A stretch of DNA of 32,000 nucleotides from an uncultured Nitrososphaerota archaeon (lineage in GTDB: Archaea > Korarchaeota > Korarchaeia > Korarchaeales > Korarchaeaceae). Shown here one piece after another: positions 17,069-25,440 of this stretch. Made by a program: the position numbers and the translations under genes. How positions within the stretch are numbered: position 1 is the first letter of the stretch; every line of letters begins with the position of its first letter. Below the pieces are notes generated by a model. That model had not been told where the DNA came from. It saw nothing but the letters and a program-made list of their open reading frames with translations, and made no database searches. The DNA is taken from the NCBI GenBank assembly GCA_964480775.1, contig CAYZRF010000008.1:36642-68641 (forward strand), in the 5' to 3' direction.

Positions 17069-17953
17069 ATGAAGGCCAGAAAGCTGAAAGGAGATCCTGT
17101 TAGGCTTTTCTGGGACGAAGCAAGCTGCTGGAGGAAGTTAACTCTTCTAAGGCTTTTAGGAGTTCTTGAAGAAGAACTATCTCAGAAATACCTAAAAGAA
17201 ATATTACAGCTTCAGAATCTAGATGGAGGGTTTTCTAGAAACAAAGGAGAAACCTCCTCGGTTATAGCAACTGCTGAAGCTGTAATTAACCTAATTACAT
17301 CTGGCAAAGAATCAAGTTCCCCGACAATACGACGTGCAATAGGTTTCTTGTGGAACTTACAGAAGGAAAACGGGGGATGGCACGAGAATCCTGAGCTATC
17401 AAAGGACAAAACCCCCTTTTGGTCAAGTTCCGAAAAAGGAGTCCCAATTCTTACTTCTGACTCGATAGAAGCTTTAGTAGAGGCGGGATACAGAAGAGAT
17501 TTTCGTGTTCAAAAGGCCGTTGAGTGGCTACTTAGCATGCAGTCTTCTTCTGGAATGTGGTTAAGCATTGAAGGCGCGGATCCTACCGACATAGAGTCAG
17601 ATTCAACACAAAGGGCAATATCTGCTATGATAAAGTTTGGAATGCAGGTTGATTCGCCCACAATTAAGAAAGCCTGTCTAGCTTTGGAAGATTTTGTCGT
17701 GACTGAGGTAGAGGAATGGGCAAAGATATATCCGCCTGTGTGGCCATGGGTAGCCGCGTTAGATGGACTTATAGCAGCTGGTTATACCCTAGAAAACGAG
17801 ATAGTTCAGTTATCCTTGAGTAAAATCTTAGAAAAACAAAAAGAAGATAGTGGGTGGCCAAATAAATATGAGCTTCGCGTTGTTCCTACTTTAGTAGCCT
17901 TAGAGTTCATTACAAAAGAGGAAGTTTTGAGATTCATTGAAACGATGTCGTAG
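17069..17953 (+). CDS. prenyltransferase/squalene-oxidase-repeat (alpha/alpha-toroid) protein
   Basis: 294 aa with four spaced repeats: LQNLDGGFS, LQKENGGWHE, MQSSSGMWL and KQKEDSGWPN. These are typical of terpene-cyclase/prenyltransferase beta-subunit-like toroids. Confidence 0.6.
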   Translation: MKARKLKGDPVRLFWDEASCWRKLTLLRLLGVLEEELSQKYLKEILQLQNLDGGFSRNKGETSSVIATAEAVINLITSGKESSSPTIRRAIGFLWNLQKENGGWHENPELSKDKTPFWSSSEKGVPILTSDSIEALVEAGYRRDFRVQKAVEWLLSMQSSSGMWLSIEGADPTDIESDSTQRAISAMIKFGMQVDSPTIKKACLALEDFVVTEVEEWAKIYPPVWPWVAALDGLIAAGYTLENEIVQLSLSKILEKQKEDSGWPNKYELRVVPTLVALEFITKEEVLRFIETMS

Positions 17954-18144
17954 GAAAATGATATATCTTGGGATCACTCAAGGAACAAATAAGGAGACTT
18001 GAAGGAACTCAATGTAAAAGCTTCTGATTCAGTAAGATAACAGAGTTAAAAAGGCAATTGGCACAATCTTAAGAATAGGCGGCCCACTCTCCAGCAGACG
18101 CACATCCCGAAAAACTTAAATCTCCTTTCAAAACCGAGATTTTA

Positions 18145-19305
18145 ATGGAGACTTTTAAGCCCTTCCTTTTGAAGCTTCTTGAAGCTCCTCTTGTGTTAAC
18201 ATTTAGAGATGTTATTCTTTTACCAGGCAAAGCCGTTGTTGAACCTTCAGAAGTAAAACTGACCACAAATTTCACCAAGTCAATAAAACTAAAAGTTCCT
18301 TTAGTTTCAGCTCCTATGGATACGGTGACGTCCTCTAAGATGGCAACAGCTATCGCTAGATGCGGTGGAATAGGAGTGATCCACAGAAATATGCCTAAAG
18401 ATGAACAAATTAAAGAGGTCAGAGAGGTTAAGGCATCTAATCCTTTTGAAGGGATTGGAAATAAAGAATCCCTTAAGCCAGCAATGGATAAGGACGGAAA
18501 TCTTCTTGTGGCCGCAGCAGTTAGCCCTTTTGATTTGGATAGAGCAAGGAAATTGAGCAGATGGGCTGACGCTCTAATAGTAGATGTAGCACACTTTCAC
18601 AACGAAGCTGTGATTGTGGCAACTAAGAAGATGATCTCAGAGATAGGAATAGATATCGTTGTTGGAAATGTTGGTAGTTATGAAGCAGTCGAGGAGATAA
18701 TCACTAGGATCGAGGCAGCTGCATTAAGAGTGGGTATGTCCTCTGGTAGCATCTGTATAACTGGTGAAGTGACAGGAGCGGCCTCTCCCACATTGTGGGC
18801 AACTGCTCAAGCTTCACAGGCCTTAAAAGACTATGGAGTAAAGCTACCAGTCATCGCTGATGGAGGGATAAAGGGTCCAGGGGATGCGGCTAAGGCCTTC
18901 GCTGTAGGAGCTTCTAGTGTGATGCTTGGTTTCGTGTTAGCTGGATCTGAAGAATCTCCGAATGAACCTATTATGATAAACGGCAAGATGTTCAAGTTGT
19001 ATAGAGGCATGGGGAGCCTTTCGGCTAGAGCTAAAAGGTACGTTCTTGACAGATATTCAAAACCCTCTAAGGAAGTGGCAGAGGGAGTTGAGATGCTCGT
19101 TCCCTTCAAAGGAAAAGTGGTATCCATCATAAAAGAGTTTGTAGGTGGCCTGAAAGCAGCTTTCGGATATGCAGGAGCCTCAACCATTGAAGATATGTGG
19201 AAAAAGGCTAGATTAGGGAGAATAACTCCGCTAGGAATAAGAGAAATTTCAGCTCACGGTTATTCCCATTCAATGGTTGAAGGGGGTTTATGGGTAACAT
19301 CATAA
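18145..19305 (+). CDS. guaB: IMP dehydrogenase lacking the CBS/Bateman subdomain
   Basis: 386 aa. LTFRDVILLP, PLVSAPMDTVT, GIGVIHRN, catalytic GSICIT, VIADGGI, YRGMGSL and EGVE...GGLKAAFGYAGA blocks are present. Only a linker of about 25 aa sits where canonical IMPDH carries about 120 aa of CBS pairs. Confidence 0.85.
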   Translation: METFKPFLLKLLEAPLVLTFRDVILLPGKAVVEPSEVKLTTNFTKSIKLKVPLVSAPMDTVTSSKMATAIARCGGIGVIHRNMPKDEQIKEVREVKASNPFEGIGNKESLKPAMDKDGNLLVAAAVSPFDLDRARKLSRWADALIVDVAHFHNEAVIVATKKMISEIGIDIVVGNVGSYEAVEEIITRIEAAALRVGMSSGSICITGEVTGAASPTLWATAQASQALKDYGVKLPVIADGGIKGPGDAAKAFAVGASSVMLGFVLAGSEESPNEPIMINGKMFKLYRGMGSLSARAKRYVLDRYSKPSKEVAEGVEMLVPFKGKVVSIIKEFVGGLKAAFGYAGASTIEDMWKKARLGRITPLGIREISAHGYSHSMVEGGLWVTS

Positions 19306-20786
19306 ACGACCCTAGTAACCCCAGCCACCTCGTTTGTAATCCTAGTTGATATCCTCTCAAGGAGATCGTAGGGGAGCTTTGAGAATTTTGCTGTCATCGC
19401 ATCAACGCTTTCAACGGCTCTTATTGCCACAATATGCCCGTACTCTCTGCTGTCGCCCTTAATCCCTGTACTTCTGTCATTTAATAGCACTGCGAAAAAT
19501 TGCCAGATCTTAGAGGACAATCCCTCCTTCTCTATCTCCTCCCTAACTATCTTATCTGCCTTCCTAAGTAGCTCAACCCTTTCAGGAGTGACCTCTCCCA
19601 ACACTCGCACTGCCAGTCCTGGACCTGGAAATGGTTGTCTTTCGATTATTTCCTCTGGTAGGCCAAGCCCTCTTGCAACAGTTCGAACTTCATCCTTGTA
19701 AAGATCCCTGAGCGGTTCAATAACCTTAAGGTTCATTTTTTCCGGTAATCCTGCAACATTATGATGGGTTTTTATTCTGGCGGTAAGCCCTCTCCCAGAT
19801 TCAACCCTGTCTGGGTAAATAGTTCCCTGAATAAGGAACTGAGCCTCTATATCCTTAGCAACCTCTTCAAATACTCTTACAAACTCATTTCCAATTAGTC
19901 TTCTCTTTTCTTCTGGATCTTTAACTCCTTTTAGCATATTGAAGAATCTTGAGCTAGCGTCAACGTAAATAACCTTCAATCCCTTTCCTTCAAAGAATTT
20001 CCTTACCTCTTCTGCTTCGCCTGCCCTCATTAGTCCGTGATCCACAAATACAGCGATTACTCTATCTTTTAAGGCTTTGTAAGCTATCATGGCCGCTGTG
20101 CTTGAATCAACGCCTCCGCTCAGAGCTACTATGGCTCTGCCAGACCCCACTATCTCTCTAACCTCATCAATTGCTTTTTCCACAAAGCCTTCCATTTTCC
20201 ATTCAGGAGAACACTTGCATATATCGAAAACAAAGTTCTTGAGAATTTGTATCCCATTTTCAGTATGGATTACCTCAGGATGCCACTGAATTCCATAAAT
20301 TTTCAGTTTCTCATTCGAAAAGGCGGCTATAGGGCATGAGTCAGAAAATGCATCAACCGAGAAACCTTTAGGGACCTCTATCACTAGGTCTCTGTGACTC
20401 ATCCAAACTCTTTCTTTTTCTTTAAGTCCCTTTAGAACACCCGTTCTCCTATTTAGGGAGACCAAACAAGTTCCAAATTCTCCCTTTGTTCCTTTGCTTA
20501 CTTTTCCTCCAAGAATGTGAGCTATAAGTTGATGTCCATAGCAGATGCCTAGAACTGGAATTGATCCATCTAAAAGTCTTCTATCTATAGTCGGGCCTCC
20601 TTCAAAGACACTAGCAGGCCCTCCAGATAGGATTAGACCTTTGACAGAAAAACCTACTGATAGCACTTCTTCTTTAGAGATATCACCTGGAGCTATTTCA
20701 GAATAAACAGAAAGTTCTCTTATTCTTCTAGCAATTAGATGACAGTATTGTCCTCCATAATCTAATACAAGTATCCCGTCAACCAT
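19260..20786 (-). CDS. guaA: GMP synthase (glutamine-hydrolysing), fused GATase plus ATP-pyrophosphatase form
   Basis: 508 aa. ILVLDYGGQY, GICYGHQL, WHPE (class I GATase), SGGVDSS (PP-loop) and the C-terminal KPPSTIEWE. Confidence 0.92.
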   Translation of the reverse strand: MVDGILVLDYGGQYCHLIARRIRELSVYSEIAPGDISKEEVLSVGFSVKGLILSGGPASVFEGGPTIDRRLLDGSIPVLGICYGHQLIAHILGGKVSKGTKGEFGTCLVSLNRRTGVLKGLKEKERVWMSHRDLVIEVPKGFSVDAFSDSCPIAAFSNEKLKIYGIQWHPEVIHTENGIQILKNFVFDICKCSPEWKMEGFVEKAIDEVREIVGSGRAIVALSGGVDSSTAAMIAYKALKDRVIAVFVDHGLMRAGEAEEVRKFFEGKGLKVIYVDASSRFFNMLKGVKDPEEKRRLIGNEFVRVFEEVAKDIEAQFLIQGTIYPDRVESGRGLTARIKTHHNVAGLPEKMNLKVIEPLRDLYKDEVRTVARGLGLPEEIIERQPFPGPGLAVRVLGEVTPERVELLRKADKIVREEIEKEGLSSKIWQFFAVLLNDRSTGIKGDSREYGHIVAIRAVESVDAMTAKFSKLPYDLLERISTRITNEVAGVTRVVYDVTHKPPSTIEWE

Positions 20787-20891
20787 CTAGAAATAGAAGA
20801 AAGACTAACTAAAAACAATTCAAGGGCTGTTTCCCGTCGAGATGCTTTTATGCATCTTTTAGCATTAGAAATAGAAAAACAGCTTAGAAAC

Positions 20892-20917
20892 TGATTATTT
20901 ATGTCGGTGAATAATCA
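20892..20917 (-). terminator. 8-bp AT-rich hairpin (TGATTATT / AATAATCA, 10-nt loop) 5 nt after the ADH stop, followed on the minus strand by a T-rich tract (GTTTTTCTATTTCT, about 20866-20879)
   Basis: Inverted repeat read directly. The function is inferred from its position. Confidence 0.25.
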
Positions 20918-20921
20918 ATAG

Positions 20922-21959
20922 TTAGGGTGTTATCGATACTTTCAAGACCTTTTTGGACTGTAAAATCGAATCAAATACCTCTTTTATCTCCTCTAAGGGT
21001 TTTTCCATAGATATTATTGGCTTAACGTTTATTTGACCTGAACTAATGAGATCAAAGGCCTTTGAAAACTCCTCTGGAGTTGCGTGGAAGGTCCCTAATA
21101 GCGTTACTTCGCTGTAGTGTAACAGCTCCGTATCTACTTCTATCTTTGTTCCAGAAGGACATCCGCCGAACTCAAGGACAGTACCTCCTTTCGCAACAAG
21201 TTCTAAGGCCTTTTGCCAAGTTGTTGGTAAGCCGACAGCCTCTATGACAACATCAGCTCCAAGTCCCCTCGTCTCCTCCTTTACTCTGGATGCGATGTCC
21301 TCTTCAGAGACGTTTATTGTAACATCTGCTCCCAATTCTTCTGCTATCTTCAGCCTTTCCTCCACTAGATCCCCAATTATCACCTTTTTGGCTCCCATTC
21401 TCTTCGCCAGCTGAGTGTGAAGTATGCCTATAGGACCAGCTCCTATTACGACTACGGTATCTCCTAGCTTAATCCCTGCCTTAAGAGCTCCGTGTAAAAC
21501 GCATGCAAGCGGCTCTGTTATGGCTGCTTCCGCATAGGAAAGGTTAGGTGGTATTATATGAAGGTTGTGCTTGACTATTGGGGCTGGAACCTTCACGTAC
21601 TCTGCATATGAGCCCCATAGCCAGGTCCTGTTCTCACAAAGGTTGTATAATCCTTTTTGGCACATTGGACACTTGTAGCACGGTGTGCTGTTACCAGCCC
21701 TTATCCTCATGCCTTCTTCAATTCCCTGAACTCCCTCCCCTACTTTTACCACATCTCCAGCCCACTCATGGCCGAATGGTTGAGGGTACTTTATTATTCC
21801 CCCAACATAACCCCTCTTGTATATCTTCAGATCAGTTCCGCAGGTCGTAGCAGCCCTGACCCTAACCAAGATCTCTCCTGGTCCTACTTCAGGTATATCA
21901 ACCTCCTCAAGCCTCAGGTCTTTAACGCCATAAAGCAAGGCAGCCTTCATCTTACCCAT
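20922..21959 (-). CDS. Zn-dependent medium-chain alcohol/polyol dehydrogenase (threonine/sorbitol dehydrogenase-like)
   Basis: 345 aa. TCGTDLK...GHEWAG (catalytic Zn), CYKCPMCQKGLYNLC (structural Zn) and VIGAGPIG (Rossmann). Confidence 0.85.
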   Translation of the reverse strand: MGKMKAALLYGVKDLRLEEVDIPEVGPGEILVRVRAATTCGTDLKIYKRGYVGGIIKYPQPFGHEWAGDVVKVGEGVQGIEEGMRIRAGNSTPCYKCPMCQKGLYNLCENRTWLWGSYAEYVKVPAPIVKHNLHIIPPNLSYAEAAITEPLACVLHGALKAGIKLGDTVVVIGAGPIGILHTQLAKRMGAKKVIIGDLVEERLKIAEELGADVTINVSEEDIASRVKEETRGLGADVVIEAVGLPTTWQKALELVAKGGTVLEFGGCPSGTKIEVDTELLHYSEVTLLGTFHATPEEFSKAFDLISSGQINVKPIISMEKPLEEIKEVFDSILQSKKVLKVSITP

Positions 21960-21991
21960 CTAACATCCCCTAAACCTTCATCTCAAATCAA

Positions 21992-23017
21992 TTAAGGTTT
22001 CTCTACAGTGATGAGAACCTTCAGACATTCCTTGGTCTTAGCTGCAAGCTCGAAGGCTTTTCCCACGTCATCAAGGCTGAACCTATGGGTTATGATCTTA
22101 GAGGCATCTATCCTTTTGGATGAGAGCAAGCTGAGGGCTTCTCTTGTCTCTACATGGCTGGTTGAGTAGGAAGGTATTATTGAAATCTCCTTGAAAAACA
22201 GCTCGTGAGGGCTTATCTCAACAAACTCCTTTGGGGAAGTGGGAGCAAAAAGAGATATTGTTCCTCCTTTTCTACAGGCATTAAGAGCGGTTTGAAATGC
22301 TTTAGGGCTTGATACTGTGAGGAAAACTACGTCAGCGCCCCTACCATTGCTCTCTTCCTTAACCTTTTCGACAAAATCTTCTTTCAGAGGGTTAATTGCT
22401 GGGCCAACTAGTTCAATAGCTTTTCTAACCCTATAATCTACAAGATCGCAGGTTATTACCTTTGAGGCTCCTTTCAGCTTGGAGAGAAGGCCTAGCATTA
22501 TGCCTGCTGGACCTGCCCCTATTACAGCAACGACATCTCCTAACTCCAAATCACACTTGTTTAAAGCCTTAATACAACATCCAAGGGGCTCTATTAGCGT
22601 GGCTTCCTCAAATGACATGTCCTTTGGAAGTTTTAGCGTGTCAAATTGGACATTGGGTGCTGGAACCCTGAAGAACTCTGCAAAACCTCCAGGATCCAAA
22701 TGAGTTTTCCTAAACTGTTCGCACATGGTAAAATCCTGATGAGTACAGTAATAGCATGACATGCATGGTACGTGATGATGAACGAAAACTCTGTCTCCAA
22801 CGGAGAAGTTAGATCCCTCTTCTGCCTTAACGACAACTCCTGAAGGCTCATGGCCCAAGACTAATGGTGCTCTATCTTTCAGATACCAGCTCATAAGGTC
22901 AGATCCACATATTCCACAAGCTCTCATTTCTACTAGTATTTCTGCTGAAGATATTGTAGGGACAGGTCGCTCTTCAATACGAAGATCTTCCAAAGAGTAG
23001 TAAACGGCTACTTTCAA
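21992..23017 (-). CDS. Zn-dependent medium-chain alcohol/polyol dehydrogenase, tandem paralogue
   Basis: 341 aa, TTG start. CGICGSDL...GHEPSG, CMSCYYCTHQDFTMC and VIGAGPAG. It lies 32 nt upstream of the previous ADH on the same strand. Confidence 0.85.
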   Translation of the reverse strand: MKVAVYYSLEDLRIEERPVPTISSAEILVEMRACGICGSDLMSWYLKDRAPLVLGHEPSGVVVKAEEGSNFSVGDRVFVHHHVPCMSCYYCTHQDFTMCEQFRKTHLDPGGFAEFFRVPAPNVQFDTLKLPKDMSFEEATLIEPLGCCIKALNKCDLELGDVVAVIGAGPAGIMLGLLSKLKGASKVITCDLVDYRVRKAIELVGPAINPLKEDFVEKVKEESNGRGADVVFLTVSSPKAFQTALNACRKGGTISLFAPTSPKEFVEISPHELFFKEISIIPSYSTSHVETREALSLLSSKRIDASKIITHRFSLDDVGKAFELAAKTKECLKVLITVEKP

Positions 23018-23106
23018 CTTAATCCCATAATCCTTACGAGGTTAAACTTATCATCTTGTCGAATGTCTAACGTACTGTATCCACTTCAATGACAATAGGT
23101 GAATTT

Positions 23107-23970
23107 CTAAGAGCGTTCTTTGATTTTACACAGAAGCATGACTACGCAGAATAGAGCGATAATTGCCCTAACAACGAGAAATAACTTAAATGCGTTTCCA
23201 ATGGAGTTCCCGAACACGGCGGAGATCATCCACCACATTGGATTTTCATTTAGAAGATAAGCTAAAATTACTCCAATGATATTTCTCGATTTATGATAGG
23301 CGTAAGAAAAGAGAAGACCAAAGAACAAAACATCAACTGGATCTAGTTTCCCTGTTATAAAAGGTGAATTGTACAGTCCCGACCAAAAAATAGCAATTAT
23401 TGGAACCGCCAGTTTTCCTAAAAGAGGTGACAAAATCTCGTAAGGAACTGCTTGATAGAAAGCAAATGAAAGTATTCCGATTAATGTCCAAAACAAGATC
23501 GCTAAAAGTATAGTTCCCGAGGAGATTGGTGCTTCAACCCAACTAGGCTTTGCTGCAGAAAGCACGATGTCTATGCTCATGAGTTGTATGCTAACTATCC
23601 AGAGAACAGGTATAGGCAAGGAGAAGGCGTTGGCCCACAGAAAAGAATCAATTACTTTGCCTTCGGTACCAATAAGCGATTCAATGCTTTTCTGCAAGAA
23701 ATTTGAGGAAAACCAGGTAAGGACAAACATTAGCACGAGCAAAGCTGCAGTATACACTAACAGGGCGTATATCCTGTTGCTATGAATTCCTAAATTAGAT
23801 TGAAGGAGAAAAAAGGATGCGACATAATTTAGCACGTACGCAACGACATAAAACATCAATATGGCCTTTATTTCCCTATTACGAGATGGTTTCGCTTCAA
23901 TCAAGCTACTCATATATTCACCTGTCCCTTGAATTCCTTGGATCATTTTGAAAAATCTGTGTAAGGACAA
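23107..23970 (-). CDS. polytopic membrane protein, CPBP/Abi (CAAX-protease)-like topology with degenerate catalytic motifs
   Basis: 287 aa, TTG start; alternative ATGs at 23946 and 23913. The C-terminal half aligns by eye to CPBP blocks, but EExxxR is replaced by AVPYEILSP, FxxxH by FWSGLYNSPF, and HxxxN by LAYLLNEN. Confidence 0.5.
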   Translation of the reverse strand: MSLHRFFKMIQGIQGTGEYMSSLIEAKPSRNREIKAILMFYVVAYVLNYVASFFLLQSNLGIHSNRIYALLVYTAALLVLMFVLTWFSSNFLQKSIESLIGTEGKVIDSFLWANAFSLPIPVLWIVSIQLMSIDIVLSAAKPSWVEAPISSGTILLAILFWTLIGILSFAFYQAVPYEILSPLLGKLAVPIIAIFWSGLYNSPFITGKLDPVDVLFFGLLFSYAYHKSRNIIGVILAYLLNENPMWWMISAVFGNSIGNAFKLFLVVRAIIALFCVVMLLCKIKERS

Positions 23971-23989
23971 ACTATAATTCTAATCTGGC

Positions 23990-25372
23990 CTATTTTTGAT
24001 CTTTTTCAATTATTTCTAGAAATTTATCCCTTACTGGTTTATACACCTTTTCGAAAAAGCCTCTTTGATCTAGAAGCACCTCACTTGGAAAATTGGAGAC
24101 ATATCTTAACGCAGCGCTCCACGCTTGATCGTACGATATAACAGAGTTTATTCTTCCCGCTATCTGTCTATCATAGTCCTCTGGTCTCTGAATCTGATCG
24201 CCTATCGAGAAAAAGCCTTCTTTTGAGAGATAAGCGACCTCGTTTCCAACATGTTCTTCCAATCTCTCAGCCTCTTTGACCTCTACCTCTATTCGAGGTT
24301 TAGCTGCCTTTGCTTTAGCAGCCCTTCTTCCTACTCTCCCACCAGTTCTTTTGGCCCAAGCATAGAAGATTGCCCTGTTTAGTCCAAAGGATTTCGCCTT
24401 CTCTAGATCCCCTTTTAGAACATAATATCTCGCTGCCTGTAGGAGACCCATCACTTGAAACCTTCCCAGTTTCTTGGCCTTCATTCTGGGTCTTTCCTTC
24501 CTTTTTTCCTTTGTAACAGGTGCTCCAGCTCTCGTCCTAACAGCTCCGACCACCCTTGCTTTAAAGTATCCTCCAATCTCACCAAGAGCTCTCTTCGCGA
24601 GATCATCTGCTTCTCCAACTTCATGTTCTCTCCATTCTGTGTTATGCCTTAGTTCACGTGGATCCAGCCAGCTTAGCGAGAATTCGTCAATTTCATTCGG
24701 TTTAAAGCAAACAGCTGCCAGATCAAGCGATCTATGTAGAGATAGCGGAACCGTAAAAACTCGCTTGAGATCCATATCATTTTCAACAGCTAGTGGCCTT
24801 TCTGCTCTCTCAGAAGATTTAGCTATATCCTTTATTTTATCTTGAACCTTTCTAAGCACGTATTCGACAACAGAGTAGGATATGTCAAGTGGGTTATGTT
24901 CCTTAAGTAGCTCAGACGAGAAGGCCTTCTCATGAATATGCACATGACAACCTCTACCCGACCATTTGAGATAGACGGACTTCACAACTCCGGCCTTTTC
25001 CAACTCTTCAATTATCGCCATAGCTGCTTCTGTTGTCTGTCTCCATCTGTCTAACTCGTTGTCGATATCCCAAATGGGAGAAGATAGAACTATGTTGTCT
25101 GGTTCTTCAAGATCCTCCTTAGAATCCAATTTTTCATAGAGATTAGCAGTCGCATAGTAGGTTCTTGGTTTAAAGAACTTAAATCTCTTGAGAACTGCTT
25201 CTACATCATTCGCTTCTTCAATTTTCAAAGGTTTTTTACCCAGATACCGGAAGAAAGTTCTTTTTTCTCCTGAAGGAGCCTCTACTGCCACCCATCTACT
25301 CTTACAATACTCTGAAATTTCTTTTTTTACTAACTCCTTTGAGTAATAACCAAGAACCTCATCGTACTCCAA
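23990..25372 (-). CDS. archaeo-eukaryotic primase (AEP) catalytic subunit, PriS-like, with an atypical C-terminal extension of about 210 aa
   Basis: 460 aa. Motif I PIWDIDNE (D102, D104), motif II WSGRGCHVHI and motif III NDMDLKRVFTVPLSLH. No Cys-rich Zn knuckle (only 3 Cys in total). The C-terminus holds two Lys/Arg/Ala-rich linkers (aa 279-303 and 341-360) separating helical modules. Confidence 0.75.
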   Translation of the reverse strand: MEYDEVLGYYSKELVKKEISEYCKSRWVAVEAPSGEKRTFFRYLGKKPLKIEEANDVEAVLKRFKFFKPRTYYATANLYEKLDSKEDLEEPDNIVLSSPIWDIDNELDRWRQTTEAAMAIIEELEKAGVVKSVYLKWSGRGCHVHIHEKAFSSELLKEHNPLDISYSVVEYVLRKVQDKIKDIAKSSERAERPLAVENDMDLKRVFTVPLSLHRSLDLAAVCFKPNEIDEFSLSWLDPRELRHNTEWREHEVGEADDLAKRALGEIGGYFKARVVGAVRTRAGAPVTKEKRKERPRMKAKKLGRFQVMGLLQAARYYVLKGDLEKAKSFGLNRAIFYAWAKRTGGRVGRRAAKAKAAKPRIEVEVKEAERLEEHVGNEVAYLSKEGFFSIGDQIQRPEDYDRQIAGRINSVISYDQAWSAALRYVSNFPSEVLLDQRGFFEKVYKPVRDKFLEIIEKDQK

Positions 25373-25440
25373 AAGGCATCATACCATATTCCACTTACGA
25401 AGGAAAAAGTTTTTGTGATGCCCGTTTGAAGGCTAAATGG

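Noticed and set aside
17954-18144. Possible regulatory RNA or C/D-like motif (AATGATAT ... CTGA) upstream of guaB
   Set aside because: The C-box match is poor (2 mismatches) and the spacing of about 70 nt is atypical. Purine riboswitches are not known in archaea, and no conserved junction sequences are present.
18831-19187. 118-aa minus-strand ORF inside guaB. Similar antisense ORFs: 24474-24845 in the primase gene, 29734-30225 in the CDF fusion gene, 21578-21995 in the ADH gene, 16703-17023 in the GNAT gene, and 15041-15867 in the D-aminoacylase gene.
   Set aside because: All are embedded antisense in genes with strong family signatures. Such ORFs are expected by chance in this composition.
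20788-20876. 11-nt direct repeat TAGAAATAGAA (20788-20798 and 20866-20876), plus the GATGC-TTTTAT-GCATC palindrome at 20841-20856, between guaA and the ADH operon
   Set aside because: These are short, low-complexity A-rich sequences. On the minus strand the distal copy is simply part of a T-rich terminator-like tract after the ADH operon. The proximal copy abuts the guaA ATG. There is no evidence for a specific operator.
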